64,000 nt of DNA from Amphiscolops sp. MND2022 (taxonomy: Eukaryota). The first letter of the stretch is position 1. The number at the start of each line of letters is the position of its first letter. The DNA lies in contig OZ076409.1 of assembly GCA_964187785.1 (NCBI GenBank), positions 14,758,001 to 14,822,000 on the forward strand, written 5' to 3'. Shown here piece after piece: positions 1 through 13,142 of this stretch. The notes under the pieces are model-generated. The model searched no databases. It worked only from the letters and a program-made list of their open reading frames with translations, and had not been told where the DNA came from. The position numbers were made by a program, and so were the translations under genes.

Positions 1-11
1 TTATTCTCAAA

Positions 12-706
12 TACAAGCCGGGACCGGCCCAAGTCGGTGCCATATCCAAGGCTCAAAAATAACGAAAGGACTTCCAAGTGTCAATTTACAATACTCGAAA
101 ATCGAAAAACCAAAAAAAAAAAGTGGACCGAGTGGCGCGCCGGGGCCCGCTAAAAGGGGGGACACTTCTGAAATTGTCAACATTTTTGTCGCAGTTGAAG
201 GGGGACCCTTTGGCGAGAAAAAATTTTCGAAAAAAGTCTCACAATGCCGAAAAACAGAAAGGGGGACCCTTCGGGATTTTTAAACACCCATTCTGTCGTA
301 ATATATCAAAGAAAATTGCAGTGGGACCCTTTGGAGAGAAAAAAGTCTCAATGTCGAAAAACTGAAAGGGCGACTCTTTGGAAATTTTTTCAACATCCAT
401 TCTGTCGCAAAACAGCAAAAAAATTGAAGGGGGACCCTTAGGGGAAAAAACTTTTCCAAAAAAAGTCTCGAAGTGCCGAAAAAAATGAAAGGGGGACCTT
501 TTGGTCTCGCCCGGTATGGTATGTTACGCGTGAAAACAGGAAAAACCTTTTTGGTTCAGTTCGCTAGGCCAAATGGAGCAATTTGGTGCAATAATATTTT
601 GTAGAACTTTCAAGAACTATTTTGGTCAGTTCGTGTGGATTGAAAAAAAAAGAAAAAAAATCACTATAATAGTCGCGTTTCACTTCATGAAGCGCCGACT
701 AAAAAA
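12..706 (-). mobile_element. Non-autonomous Helentron-like (HINE/DINE-1-type) element with internal GTGCCGAAAA..AAGGGGGACCC repeats
   Basis: Minus strand begins with T-run + AGTCGGCGCTTC..GAAACGCGACTA (subTIR plus inverted repeat). It ends with GCACCGACT (3' subTIR), a GGCCGG-TC-CCGGCT stem-loop and a T-rich flank. Degenerate internal tandem units. Confidence 0.7.
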
Positions 707-723
707 GGTTAGGCAGACTGTCA

Positions 724-1162
724 TATAATAGGACGGGAACGGCATAAATCGGTGTCCCGCTTAAGGCTCAAAAAGGACAAAAGTACTTAAAAGCATGAGG
801 ATTCGCTTTCAAATAAATTCTCATTTCACAGTACTAAAAATCTCAAAGGGGACCCATTTGGGTATAAAAGGGGGTTTCGGTTTTTATTCTAACCAGAAAT
901 ATAAATTAATTCGGATAGATGGTCAAAACGTTCAGAGGTAGTGTGCTTTTCATTCGATTTTGGAAGGAAACGAAACATTGAAACAGACAAGATTCGAACA
1001 TCCGCCTCCTCCCTAATAAAACGCAATTTACTAAGGATATAGCGTCAAAAATTCAGAGAGTAGAGAAAGTTACAGAAATGTTTACAGATTTCCGTCAGTT
1101 CGCTCGTCCCAAAAAAACTACTGCTATAGTCGGTTCTTTTCTTCGAAAAGCTCCGACTAATA
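724..1162 (-). mobile_element. Second, diverged Helentron-like element; a third partial terminus lies at ~1400-1560
   Basis: Same terminal architecture (TAGTCGGAGCTTTTC..GAAAAGAACCGACTA). The AAGGCTCAAAAA block is shared with 12-706 and recurs at ~1437. Confidence 0.55.
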
Positions 1163-2868
1163 ACTTGATTAAATCAGACGCATTTTGAGGCGAACATCAT
1201 TATAAGTGCAAACTATTCAACTCAGAGCAACAAAATTTAGATGACAAGAGTCCCGTAACAAAACCAAAGAGTAAATATTGCGGTCTCTCGATGTGCAGTT
1301 CTGCGAACCTGCCCTGAGAGTTGAGGGTGGACTACAATTTACGCACATGTAGGGCTCATAGAGACAAAGTGGTATAAAGGCGCCTTGTTTCGCAAATCGA
1401 AACAAGTCGGGGACGTCAGAAGTCAGCACCCCGTTTAAGGCTCAAAAAAGCTAAAGCGATAACTCTTTCTTGAAATAAAAATTTCCCAAAAAATCGCAAA
1501 GTGCCGAAAAACCCAAAGAGACCACCATTTGAGGTTAAAAACGCCCTTTCCTATCCAAAAATGAGTGGAAATCAAAGGGAATCCTTTTGGAAATTTGAAA
1601 AAAGTATCACGGTTTCGAAAATAGCCTATTAAGTTACAAAGCGATTCAATTTAAGATGTCAAACAGTTTGGTCAAATAGTTAGTTTCTCCAGTTTACCCA
1701 GAATATCTGCTTGAGTTTGACATGCAAACTATTGTTTTTATGAGTAAAGAAGTGGCATGAATATCAACAAGACGTTCTGAAAAATGAATCAGAGCCGCAT
1801 GTGCGGTGAACCAGTCGGAAACGGATTAAAATATTCAAAAACAAATTACCTACTTCAGTCATTTGGTCATTTTTGGAGGAACTTTGGCCATTTCAGTTTC
1901 TCAGATCCCAGTAGCACGAATTTGATGCCATTGCCCACATATGATCCTAATATGGTGTAGAATGGCTGTAAAACATTTCGTTCGAATCATACGGACAGTT
2001 TTTGAGAAAATCGATAAAAAGTCCAAAAATGGTAGTTTGTGTCATTTTTGGACTAATTATGGCTGTTTCTCAAGATCCGTCATACGATGTTGATGTTATT
2101 GTACACGCAGGAGCACCATTAGGTGTAGAATTAAAAAGAGAGAATGCATAAGTAGTCGAAACTTCAACGACGCCACGAAAATAGCGCTTTTTTTCAGAAA
2201 ATGTACGCAGCGTTAAAATACGCCAGCGTTAAAATGTACGCAGCGTTAAAATATTGTTAGCAAAGTACATGAAAATTTTTCAAAATTTCAAAAAATGAAA
2301 TTCCGAAAATATAGAAACACTGGATACGAGTTAGTTCGTTACTTTCAACTGAGTAAAAAGACAAATCCATAATAGCGACCATACCGTTTCTTAGTTCGGA
2401 CTTCAAATTTTACTAATACTACAGACTTTTTTCCGAAACTACTTTTGTTGTATAATCTTATCGACGGTCTGCGAAACAACGACCGGATTAACATTTACGA
2501 TCTTCTCGCGGCACGCTCAATTTAACTTTCGAGCGTAGAGTAGTAAAAGTGATAAAAAGATAATGTAACTTGACACCACTCAATTAAGAATATCAGAAAA
2601 TTTTCACAGTGAAATGTCGCAATTTGACAACTTTTGTGGTCCATCATTACGAGAACGGCTCTGCTTCTGTAATGATAAAACCCACTTGAAAAGGATGAAA
2701 CTTTAAGTTTTTCAACTTTAAATTTGAAAAAAGGTGCAAAATGGTGCAATCATTTCGCCGAAAGTAGAAATAGCCGCAATCAGAATTATAAACCATAATT
2801 TCTTGAATAGGGATTCATTATGAGAGATAACAACTCGGAATTCCAGATTAACTCAAATAATCGAAGTC

Positions 2869-3489
2869 ATGAATCTTGTAATTTTCTTCGCAGCATCGCT
2901 TCAACTAGTTTCTTGTTTCATAATCCGACGTGATTCGGATGCGACCAACTCGTCAGATGCACAGAACTGCGAATCGGCGACTGGAATTGTTGAGCATATC
3001 AACAAAAGATACAGCAGAGACAAGAAAGAGCCGGCGGGATACATCGTGGATTTGGTGCAGAAACGACAAGAGCTCACTCATTTCCAGGAGAACTCGCAAA
3101 TCTGCGCATCCGTAGCCGAAGAGGGATGCAACACGAAATGTTTCTGGTTCTCAAACATGTTTCCCGAAATTCAACTCGAGACAGAATTGCTGGTTCAAAT
3201 CTCACAAGATGACCAATGCGACGAACGATGGGAACCAGTTTCGGCCGTCATAGAATCTTGCGAGCCCACTGAAAAAGTTCTATTTTATTTGCCACTCAAT
3301 GTAACCAAAAAAAATTCGTGAAACGACTTCATAGTTTGGGAGACGAGACCGCTGGAACGAGTTCCAGTCAGTCATGAATGTTCAGAGGAGCCAACTGGAG
3401 GTTGTATGTTGAACAGACGAGTCACTAAGCAGACCAATGCATCTTACACAGTCGGCCACAGGCTAGCTATTAGAGTTTTGGGTAGCTGA
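2869..3489 (+). CDS. Secreted Cys-containing protein, cystine-knot cytokine-like (IL-17/trunk/PTTH-like), interrupted by in-frame TGA at 3319-3321
   Basis: Signal-peptide-like MNLVIFFAASLQLVSC; motifs NMFPEIQLE, CEPTEKVLFYLPL and YTVGH resemble the IL-17-type pattern. The frame stays open 55 codons beyond the TGA to the stop at 3487-3489. Confidence 0.5.
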
Positions 3490-3708
3490 CTTGGTGATCG
3501 TTGTTCAAGTCACAGCCTGACAAAAACAGCTAAATTTGAAACCAGAAGCCTCAACGTCAAACCAACCAGTAAGGAAATCTTGCCAAATTGTGGAATTTTC
3601 CAAATTCTTAATGCTTGTATAGCCAATTTATTTCTATTGATACTGAGTTACCAAGTTTTTATAGTCTTGTATTTATGAAATATTTATAGCTTTCAAATTG
3701 AAAACGTA

Positions 3709-3871
3709 CAGTAAACCCTCGATTATCCGCCACCTTTGGTCAACCGCCACAAATCTACGGGGACATTTTGCTATACCACCCGTGTCTAAGCTCCCTTGAT
3801 TAACCGCCACTCTCACTTATCCGCCATAATTCGCGCTGGACCGATGGTGGCGGATAATCGAGGGTTTACTG
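3709..3871. mobile_element. Tc1/pogo (Tigger-like) MITE
   Basis: TIR CAGTAAACCCTCGATTATCCGCCACC / GGTGGCGGATAATCGAGGGTTTACTG, flanked by TA on both sides. Confidence 0.9.
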
Positions 3872-5307
3872 TATATTTAAACTTTTATTTATTAGCAAAA
3901 TTTGAATTTAAGAATTATTGAAATGGTATTCATGGTGTCAGATTGTATTTTGTGGAAATCAATATAATTTATGAATTCAGATGAGTGTTTTTTTGCATAC
4001 AAAAAAGTAATTCGAGATTGATAGCAAGCAGAACAACACAATCAACGGGCACTTTGGAAACTCGAGAGATTCCTAAACCTCATATGAGCAAAGTTTCAAA
4101 ACGAAAAAGATACTAGACCAAGAAACATGGATTTACTTAATGATACCGTTGAACGGAATGCAACATTTCAAGTGGTCCAGAAATACCAATATGGGATTTC
4201 CGCAATAGAAACCTGTTCTTGGATCATTTCAGCATTCCGTCCATGAAAGCATGTATCGTGAGAATTAGCTTTGTCTGGCCAGCAAAATGCCACAATTTTC
4301 GCGTGGTCCCAAATTTAGGAACGAGTTATTTTTGAGGTCATTTAACATGCGTGGGAAAATTTCAGTAACAAAGCAGGAACATTACGTGGCAATAAAACTA
4401 CTCAATTAAGCCATGTTTTACTAAGGTATCATAAAACTTACAACGGAAATGCCTTCCGCTTCTTAAACAACTGATCCTTCCATGATTTCCAAATGCCATG
4501 TTGAAGCATAGAATTAAATATAATAGAAAATTACGTAGCAAAATTAAAGACACTCAACTCAAGGGAAAGAGTTATTGAATCAATTCAGTACGTAACAAAC
4601 CATTTAGCAACTTTCAGATAGCCTAAATAGTTTACTTTTCTCGAAAGGGAGAAAAACTTCCGTAAATAGCTTTCTTTGAAACCTCAAAATCAATTTAATG
4701 CCCGGAACGAACAATACTTCTATGTTCTGAGAATATGAATTCGAAATTGTGGCAAATAACAGCACCACGTTCATGAAGGTTTCAAGGTCAACATGCGATC
4801 AAAACATTTTTCCCAATTACGGTCCAAAAATTCGAACTACTATAAAACACAATTTGCAGTTTGGGAAGTCCAGGTTAAAATATAAGCGGGTTGCAATGAG
4901 CAACGTTCATATACATGCAGTGCCCTGAACACAAAAGTACAACGGCACACCATTAAAGTTCCAGACTTGGTTTTACTAAAACTGTCCAAAAAGGAAGCTG
5001 AGGAAAAAGACGTAATAAATTTGGCGTGGTTGAATAAATTTCATTAATTAGCAACACAACCTTTTCAAGTTGACAAAAACATACGGAATTGTTGAGGGTT
5101 CCATTCGCTAGTTTCAACATCGAATGCTACCGAGATAACAAAAACTATTGCGAAAAACAGAAAGGACTTCTACAGGTTTTCTTTCAATTGAAAAATTTAC
5201 AACTAAACACTATATATTAGAAATATATTAGCGAGATCGAACCAACAACGAATTCGACTACAGTGAAGGTAGTCAAGTTGTGAGATAATTTGCATTCTAC
5301 ATCGGAA

Positions 5308-6636
5308 TCAGCTGATGATTTTGGTCACAACAATTGCATCCGAGTCGGTACCCTCTTTCCTTGGATCTTTCCAGGTTTCCAGAGTTTCCATCCATGAATC
5401 GGGATTAACAATGGTAGTCAGCTCCTCACTATCTGAACATCTTAATTTCCGTCGCTTCCGATAAAACCAACAGCGGAGATATTCGATATGGACCTCTGTG
5501 ACGTCAGATAATGCTTTAAGGCTATCCGTTGTAGGTGAATGGTTGAGTTTGAAAAGGGTCTCCAACAATTCAGTTTTTTCTGGGCTCAGTTCTTGACGAC
5601 CACCAATTATGGGCTGCCTTCGAGGTCTACACACAAAGGATCGATGACTCAAACCCATGCTTTTACAATAGTCAAACCACGGTTCCATTTTGTTCAGCAG
5701 TGTTTTCGCATGTCCAATTGAAACGTTCTGCTTCTCAAGCTGCGAAATCTGTGTCTGAAATTTAAAAACCAAGAAAGACTTATTGGAGAAAACGATTTCA
5801 GAGTAGAAACCATTACGTGAAAAAGTAAAGATTTCCCTTTTAGGTCATATGGTTGAAACAACTCTTTATTGATGATAATTCTTTATAGGAGACATCCGTC
5901 AAAAACCGGGATTTTTCGCCTTTGCCCGTAAACGATCATGATAGACAGTCGGATTTGAGTCTCGAACATTTCGACAAGAAAAACATTTGAAAAAATTTCT
6001 AAACAAAAAATGGACCCTGAATGGCCAAAAGCGGGCACGTTAGGTCTAAAACAATTGGATGGTTGACTTCTATATATAGTTGTGCAGTCTAGCAGAAACA
6101 TTTTCACCACCTTTCGTGAAGACGAAATTAAGATGGATAGTTTAAAAATCCCGGGTTGGCAAACGGCTGTTATTAGACCTGAATAAAATTCGTGCAAATG
6201 TTTCTTTGATTGTTAAACAAAATGATGGTAAAACGAGGGACGGATAATCGAAGTTTTATAGTTTCAAAAAATAAGGGAAATCTCATTCATATTCACAATT
6301 TTATTTACGACAATACTATCATACAAAATACCTAACGACCAGCTGAATGGTCCTAAAATTAGATGATGATCAATTACCTGAGAAACATCAACGCTGTACT
6401 TTGTTTTCAAATGTGTAGACAATTCCAATTGGGTCATACTGAAGGCTTGACGGAACAGTTCAATGAGCTCCATGCGTTGTTTCAAGGAGGAAAAATCGGG
6501 AGAGCAACCAAACGTACTGAAGGGTAGGTCCTTCACTTTCGTCTTTTGCTTCACATGTTTGACAGTAATGTGAAAGGTTTGATAATTGCACTTTCGTTTA
6601 ACGATCGGTCGACATTGTCCCACAATTTGCCTCTGC
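5308..6636 (-). CDS. Highly divergent POU-class homeobox gene; exons 6636-6378 and 5754-5308
   Basis: Splicing the phase-0 GT-AG intron 6377-5755 gives FRQAFSMTQLELSTHLKTKYSVDVSQ|TQISQLEKQNVSIGHAKTLLNKMEPWFD (POU-specific-like). It is followed by the homeodomain LSPEKTELLETLFKLNHSP...YLRCWFYRKRRKLR. Confidence 0.8.
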
Positions 6637-6760
6637 CTGAAATAAAGTTTAGTATGATAATTGAAAGACAATCCTCGATAATTGACAACCTCATAAAATA
6701 AACAGGTGTCAGTACGGCAGAGGCGGTTTTAAGGGGGCGCCGCTCGCCCTGGAGAGATGC

Positions 6761-7087
6761 ATGGCCACAGAAAATACTGACCACCAGTTGGAACAAAGTT
6801 TGCTCCAAAAAAGAAGACAAGCAAATCGGCCAAGACAGATGGAACAAAACTTTCAATTCGTAGAGAAAATTCCTGCATCTAGAAGGTCTTTGATTCGTTG
6901 GATAAGTCAGATGCAGTTCCACGCACTGCTCATCAATCGGAAGAGACCCGGTAGCAGTTCCGACAACCGAGGAACTGTGGTCACTCCCGGAGCTACGAGT
7001 TTCGTTAGAAATATTTACGGCTTTGACATCGTAGGTAGAATTAGAAGTGACGTCTTCGCCAACAGCTTCAAGCCCCTCACTGTGCAT
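6761..7087 (-). CDS. N-terminal fragment (cytosolic tail + TM1) of a MATE/SLC47-family transporter
   Basis: ELKVLFHLSWPICLSSFLEQTLFQLVVSIFCGH matches the metazoan MATE start (EL..L..LA.P.....L.....S.FCGH). Similarity stops abruptly after CGH. Confidence 0.75.
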
Positions 7088-8405
7088 ATCATACTCCGGG
7101 ACCTGGAATTATTGCGAAAACTACATATAATCATTTTTGAAAAATATCAGAAATAAAAAGTTTTATAATTTCATCTAGTTTATATTAGTATATTTTTACA
7201 AATAGCTGGTTTTGAGCAAGAGCCGAGTAATGAGCCGAGTTTTCCTAGTTTCAACTGGTGCTGTCGTTGCAGTGCGTCCGTGTTGAAAATCCGTCAACCC
7301 GTTGAGAAAATCCTAAAACCATACCTGGAGGACAGTAAATAATTTTCGGACCCAAGCTTATTTCCTACCACTCCATGGCATGTGTTACTGGGAATTTAGT
7401 ATACCCTGTATTCAGATGTTATTCTTCATCAGTTGCCTTTTTCACTATTATACCACCTATTTTTAGTTGCCTTCGGCTCGAATATACGAAAAAGCGCGTA
7501 AGCCAAAGAAGTGCGCGCATTCTGCATACACAAGAGAGCCTTTTGACGACATAATGGTTGATGAAATCGGCCCATTTGGGGTTCAGTAATATTTCTCAGT
7601 GAACAGAATTCTCAGCGATTTCTAATTCCAAACAAATTTCTCAAAAAGTTTTGAATTTTGGAAAGTGGCAAAACAGGTCATTTTGACTGAAATCATCCAA
7701 AACTGGGGCTGGAAACGTTGTTACTTGACTGAAAGAAAGTACTTCATTGAACGCCCTCGTGACTAGGCTCAGTATAATTTCAGGAGACGTGAAGTGTAAT
7801 CGCGCGAATTTTCAGCCAATCAAATTTCAGCGTCTCGCGAGTATACACAACAGTGAAAGTTTGTGAAAATGATTTGATTGTCCACATCACTGCCAGGCCT
7901 GGTACATAAAATCACTATGACAACTGGCTCAGGACAATCAACACTCTGGGGTATCTGGACCATTCTGTTGGTCTGTTGAAACAATTCTCATCTCAACTAT
8001 CTCGAATTAGTCCATTGCCTCTATCTTTATGATCAAAACAAGAGCAGCAAGTTCTCTTCATCACAAAAAAACCCCAGAAAAATAAGAGTAATGAAAACTT
8101 AGAGACTGTTTACTCGTACCGTGGTCCCAATAGCTCAAACTGTGTCTCAATTATTTAACACCTGTCCCTTCAAGAAGCCGAAAACCAGTTCTCTGGCACG
8201 GCCTGCTGAACAATACGTTAACTTCTAATTCGAAGAACACACCACAGCATTGCAGAGCTAAGTTGGTACAATGTCATAGCATTCGACAAAAGTTCGGAAA
8301 AACCCAACCGCAAATTGTCATAGTGTGACAAACACAGGGAGGTGCTGAAGATAGGAAAGAAAAATTACGCGCGTGGAAGCTGATGCAGCATCCCTGGACA
8401 AGGAG

Positions 8406-11400
8406 GCGTCGCCACCTGTATAAAGAAGCTCAGGAAACACCCAATTCACTCACGTATCGACTCCACATGGGCAAAAGTACAAACCGGAAATAAAATGGCA
8501 CTCTGTTGTGCTTAATAAGAGGGGGGGTCATATTTAGAGGGGGGGTCTAGCAAATTTCTGGCGGACAGTAAGAGGGGGGTCTAAACAGCTCCTGAATTCT
8601 AGAAAACATTTTTTAAAGCAGAAAAATAAAACTGAAACGCATCTCTTACACTACAAATGTTTATACAAAACAAAACAATTATTTTCCGGCCGGCTTTCTG
8701 AATTTTCGTCTTTGTTGATTGATTTCCGATATCAGTTTGTTTGGTTCGAACCTGGGCGTGAGCTTTTTTTCTTTCGTGTTTGCTACCAGGGGGGGTCATA
8801 ATTAGAGGAGGGGTCCCTGATTTTCAGGCCGAGACAGTAGTAGGTACCCCCCCCTCTTATTAAGCACAACAGAGTAATTGGATATGCAAACAAACCCCCA
8901 TTGACCCTGACCCGCACAAACTTCAGAAGAAAACTTGGAACAGCTCATTGCAGGAGACCTAAACTCGCGACATAAAATGTGCAGCGATAAATAGATGAGC
9001 AAACAGTGAAATGCTAACAAATGCACTTCAAGCCACATGCAGGAACAACGACGATGAGCCGACTTTCTGCATCACAAATAGTACCAGCGTCATTGATCTC
9101 TTCATTCTCACAAAATCTCCGAAAAACTCAAAAACTACAGTATACGAACAATGATATCGAACTTTTTACAGCAGCACCCTCCCGAGCAAAGGATCCAACA
9201 TGGTAACTTATGAATGAAACCGAATAAAAAGCCACAACCACACTAAATCTGGAGAAAGCGGACTGGCCAGGTTTTTACAAAGAATCGCTAGCTTTCGAAT
9301 TGATAGAAAATGCGCTCAGGAATATCACAAAAATAACGTTTGGAATGACGTCAACAAATTGCTGTCTGGAAATCAAATAGCGGTTTAACACCGCTTCTCA
9401 AGAATGGAAAATGTTCTTTTTTCAAAAGCAGAACGAGAGAAAATTTTGCACGAAACGCTATTCACTTGAATGTTATCTTCGTTTATTGCTTTGAATGTAC
9501 ATTCCAGTTTTGACAACGTAAACGAAAGCTCTTCTTCCCGAAAGGTTCGATTGAACCATCCAGTCTGATTATCGTCGGACGAAGTGTGAAGCGAGGCTTC
9601 TTTCTGGCCTCTGAAAATTTCGGCAGAATTGGTACCAGAGGTGCTTCCCCCTCAAAATGCTTAAACATGCTGGCAATTGTTTCATGAGTCATGTTCCTGT
9701 TAAAAAATGTCTCCAAGAAGAAACATGGCCATGGAAAACCTACAAAGTAATATTCCTACGAAAACCTGGTAACTGACTATACAAATTCATCCTCGTACCG
9801 ATCAGTAACGACATCAAGATATGTCGGAAAACCAGATGAAAGACTAAATGGAAGCGATATTGCGTTCTTTTGACAGCCCACATCAACAACTCGAGGAAGA
9901 ACAGAAAGGCTTTAGACCTCCCAGAAGTACTGTTCGTCTGGAGTATCGGTTGAAGACCAAGCTAATTGAATACAAACAAACACTCGCGTCGCCACCTGTA
10001 TAAAGAAGCTCAGGAAACACCCAATTCACTCACGTATCGACTCCACATGGGCAAAAGTACAAATCGGAAATAAAATGGCACTCTGTTGTGCTTAATAAGA
10101 GGGGGGGGTCATATTTAGAGGGGGGTCTAGCAAATTTCTGGCGGACAGTAAGAGGGGGGTCTAAACAGCTCCTGAATTCTAGAAAACATTTTTTAAAGCA
10201 GAAAAATAAAACTGAAACGCATCTCTTACACTACAAATGTTTATACAAAACAAAACAGTTATTTTCCGGCGGGCTTTCTGAATTTTCGTCTTTGTTGATT
10301 GATTTCCGAGATCAGTTTGTTTGGTTCGAACCTGGGCGTGAGCTTTTTTCTTTCGTGTTTGCTACCAGGGGGGGTCATAATTAGAGGAGGGGTCCCTGAT
10401 TTTCAGGCCGAGACAGTAGTAGGTACCCCCCCTCTTATTAAGCACAACAGAGTAATTGGATATGCAAACAAACCCCCATTGACCCTGACCCGCACAAACT
10501 TCAGAAGAAAACTTGGAACAGCTCATTGCAGGAGACCTAAACTCGCGACATAAAATGTGCGGCGATAAATAGATGAGCAAACAGTAAAATGCTAACAAAT
10601 GCACTTCAAGCCACATGCAGGAACAACGACGATGAGCCGACTTTCTGCACTACAAATAGTACCAGCGTCATTGATCTCTTCATTCTCACAAAATCTCCGA
10701 AGAGCTCAAAAACTACAGTATACGAACAATGATATCGAACTTTTTACAGCAACACCCTCCCGAGCAAAGGATCCAACATGGTAACTTATGAATGAAACCG
10801 AATAAAAAGCCACAACCACACTAAATCTGGAGAAAGCGGACTGGCCAGGTTTTTACAAAGATTCGCTAGCTTTCGAATTGATAGAAAATGCGCTCAAGAA
10901 TATCACAAAAATAACGTTTGGAATGACGTCAACAAATTGCTGTCTGGAAATCAAATAGCGGTTTAACACCGCTTCTCAAGAATGGAAAATGTTCTTTTTT
11001 CAAAAGCAGAACGAGAGAAAATTTTGCACGAAACGCTATTCACTTGAATGTTATCTTCGTTTATTGCTTTGAATGTACATTCCAGTTTTGACAACGTAAA
11101 CGAAAGCTCTTCTTCCCGAAAGGTTCGATTGAACCATCCAGTCTGATTATCGTCGGACGAAGTGTGAAGCGAGGCTTCTTTCTGGCCTCTGAAAATTTCG
11201 GCAGAATTGGTACCAGAGGTGCTTCCCCCTCAAAATGCTTAAACATGCTGGCAATTGTTTCATGAGTCATGTTCCTGTTAAAAAATGTCTCCAAGAAGAA
11301 ACATGGCCATGGAAAACCTACAAAGTAATATTCCTACGAAAACCTGGTAACTGACTATACAAATTCATCCTCGTACCGATCAGTAACGACATCAAGATAT

Positions 11401-13142
11401 GTCGGAAAACCAGATGAAAGACTAAATGGAAGCGATATTGCGTTCTTTTGACAGCCCACATCAACAACTCGAGGAAGAACAGAAAGGCTTTAGACCTCCC
11501 AGAAGTACTGTTCGTCTGGAGTATCGGTTGAAGACCAAGCTAATTGAATACAAACAAACACTCGCGTCGCCACCTGTATAAAGAAGCTCAGGAAACACCC
11601 AATTCACTCACGTATCGACTCCACATGGGCAAAAGTACAAATCGGAAATAAAATGGCACTCTGTTGTGCTTAATAAGAGGGGGGGGTCATATTTAGAGGG
11701 GGGTCTAGCAAATTTCTGGCGGACAGTAAGAGGGGGGTCTAAACAGCTCCTGAATTCTAGAAAACATTTTTAAAGCAGAAAAATAAAACTGAAACGCATC
11801 TCTTACACTACAAATGTTTATACAAAACAAAACAGTTATTTTCCGGCGGGCTTTCTGAATTTTCGTCTTTGTTGATTGATTTCCGAGATCAGTTTGTTTG
11901 GTTCGAACCTGGGCGTGAGCTTTTTTCTTTCGTGTTTGCTACCAGGGGGGGGTCATAATTAGAGGAGGGGTCCCTGATTTTCAGGCCGAGACAGTAGTAG
12001 GTACCCCCCCCTCTTATTAAGCACAACAGAGTAATTGGATATGCAAACAAACCCCCATTGACCCTGACCCGCACAAACTTCAGAAGAAAACTTGGAACAG
12101 CTCATTGCAGGAGACCTAAACTCGCGACATAAAATGTGCGGCGATAAATAGATGAGCAAACAGTAAAATGCTAACAAATGCACTTCAAGCCACATGCAGG
12201 AACAACGACGATGAGCCGACTTTCTGCACTACAAATAGTACCAGCGTCATTGATCTCTTCATTCTCACAAAATCTCCGAAGAGCTCAAAAACTACAGTAT
12301 ACGAACAATGATATCGAACTTTTTACAGCAACACCCTCCCGAGCAAAGGATCCAACATGGTAACTTATGAATGAAACCGAATAAAAAGCCACAACCACAC
12401 TAAATCTGGAGAAAGCGGACTGGCCAGGTTTTTACAAAGATTCGCTAGCTTTCGAATTGATAGAAAATGCGCTCAAGAATATCACAAAAATAACGTTTGG
12501 AATGACGTCAACAAATTGCTGTCTGGAAATCAAATAGCGGTTTAACATCGCTTCTCAAGAATGGAAAATGTTCTTTTTTCAAAAGCAGAACGAGAGAAAA
12601 TTTTGCACGAAACGCTATTCACTTGAATGTTATTTTCGTTTATTGCTTTGAATGTACATTCCAGTTTTGACAACGTAAACGAAAGCTCTTCTTCCCGAAA
12701 GGTTCGATTGAACCATCCAGTCTGATTATCGTCGGACGAAGTGTGAAGCGAGGCTTCTTTCTGGCCTCTGAAAATTTCGGCAGAATTGGTACCAGAGGTG
12801 CTTCCCCCTCAAAATGCTTAAACATGCTGGCAATTGTTTCATGAGTCATGTTCCTGTTAAAAAATGTCTCCAAGAAGAAACATGGCCATGGAAAACCTAC
12901 AAAGTAATATTCCTACGAAAACCTGGTAACTGACTATACAAATTCATCCTCGTACCGATCAGTAACGACATCAAGATATGTCGGAAAACCAGATGAAAGA
13001 CTAAATGGAAGCGATATTGCGTTCTTTTCACAGCCCACATCAACAACTCGAGGAAGAACAGAAAGGCTTTAGACCTCCCAGAAGTACTGTTCGTCTGGAG
13101 TATCGGTTGAAGACCAAGCTAATTGAATACAAACAAACACTC
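8406..13142 (+). repeat. Three near-identical tandem copies of a ~1.58-kb unit (8406-9985, 9986-11563, 11564-13142)
   Basis: GCGTCGCCACCTGTATAAAG starts at 8406, 9986 and 11564; identical ORFs recur in the ORF track. Confidence 0.97.
8501..8874. mobile_element. Tc1/mariner-type MITE inside each 1.58-kb unit (copies from ~10081 and ~11659)
   Basis: TIR CTCTGTTGTGCTTAATAAGAGGGGGG / CCCCCCTCTTATTAAGCACAACAGAG; flanks CA/TA; interrupts the LINE endonuclease region. Confidence 0.85.

Noticed and set aside
3670..3710. ATGA as a SECIS core for the upstream UGA
   Set aside because: No correctly spaced AA loop and GA with a supporting stem was visible.
9483..9716. Thrice-repeated 77-aa ORF
   Set aside because: Antisense to a decayed LINE; identity reflects recent tandem duplication only.
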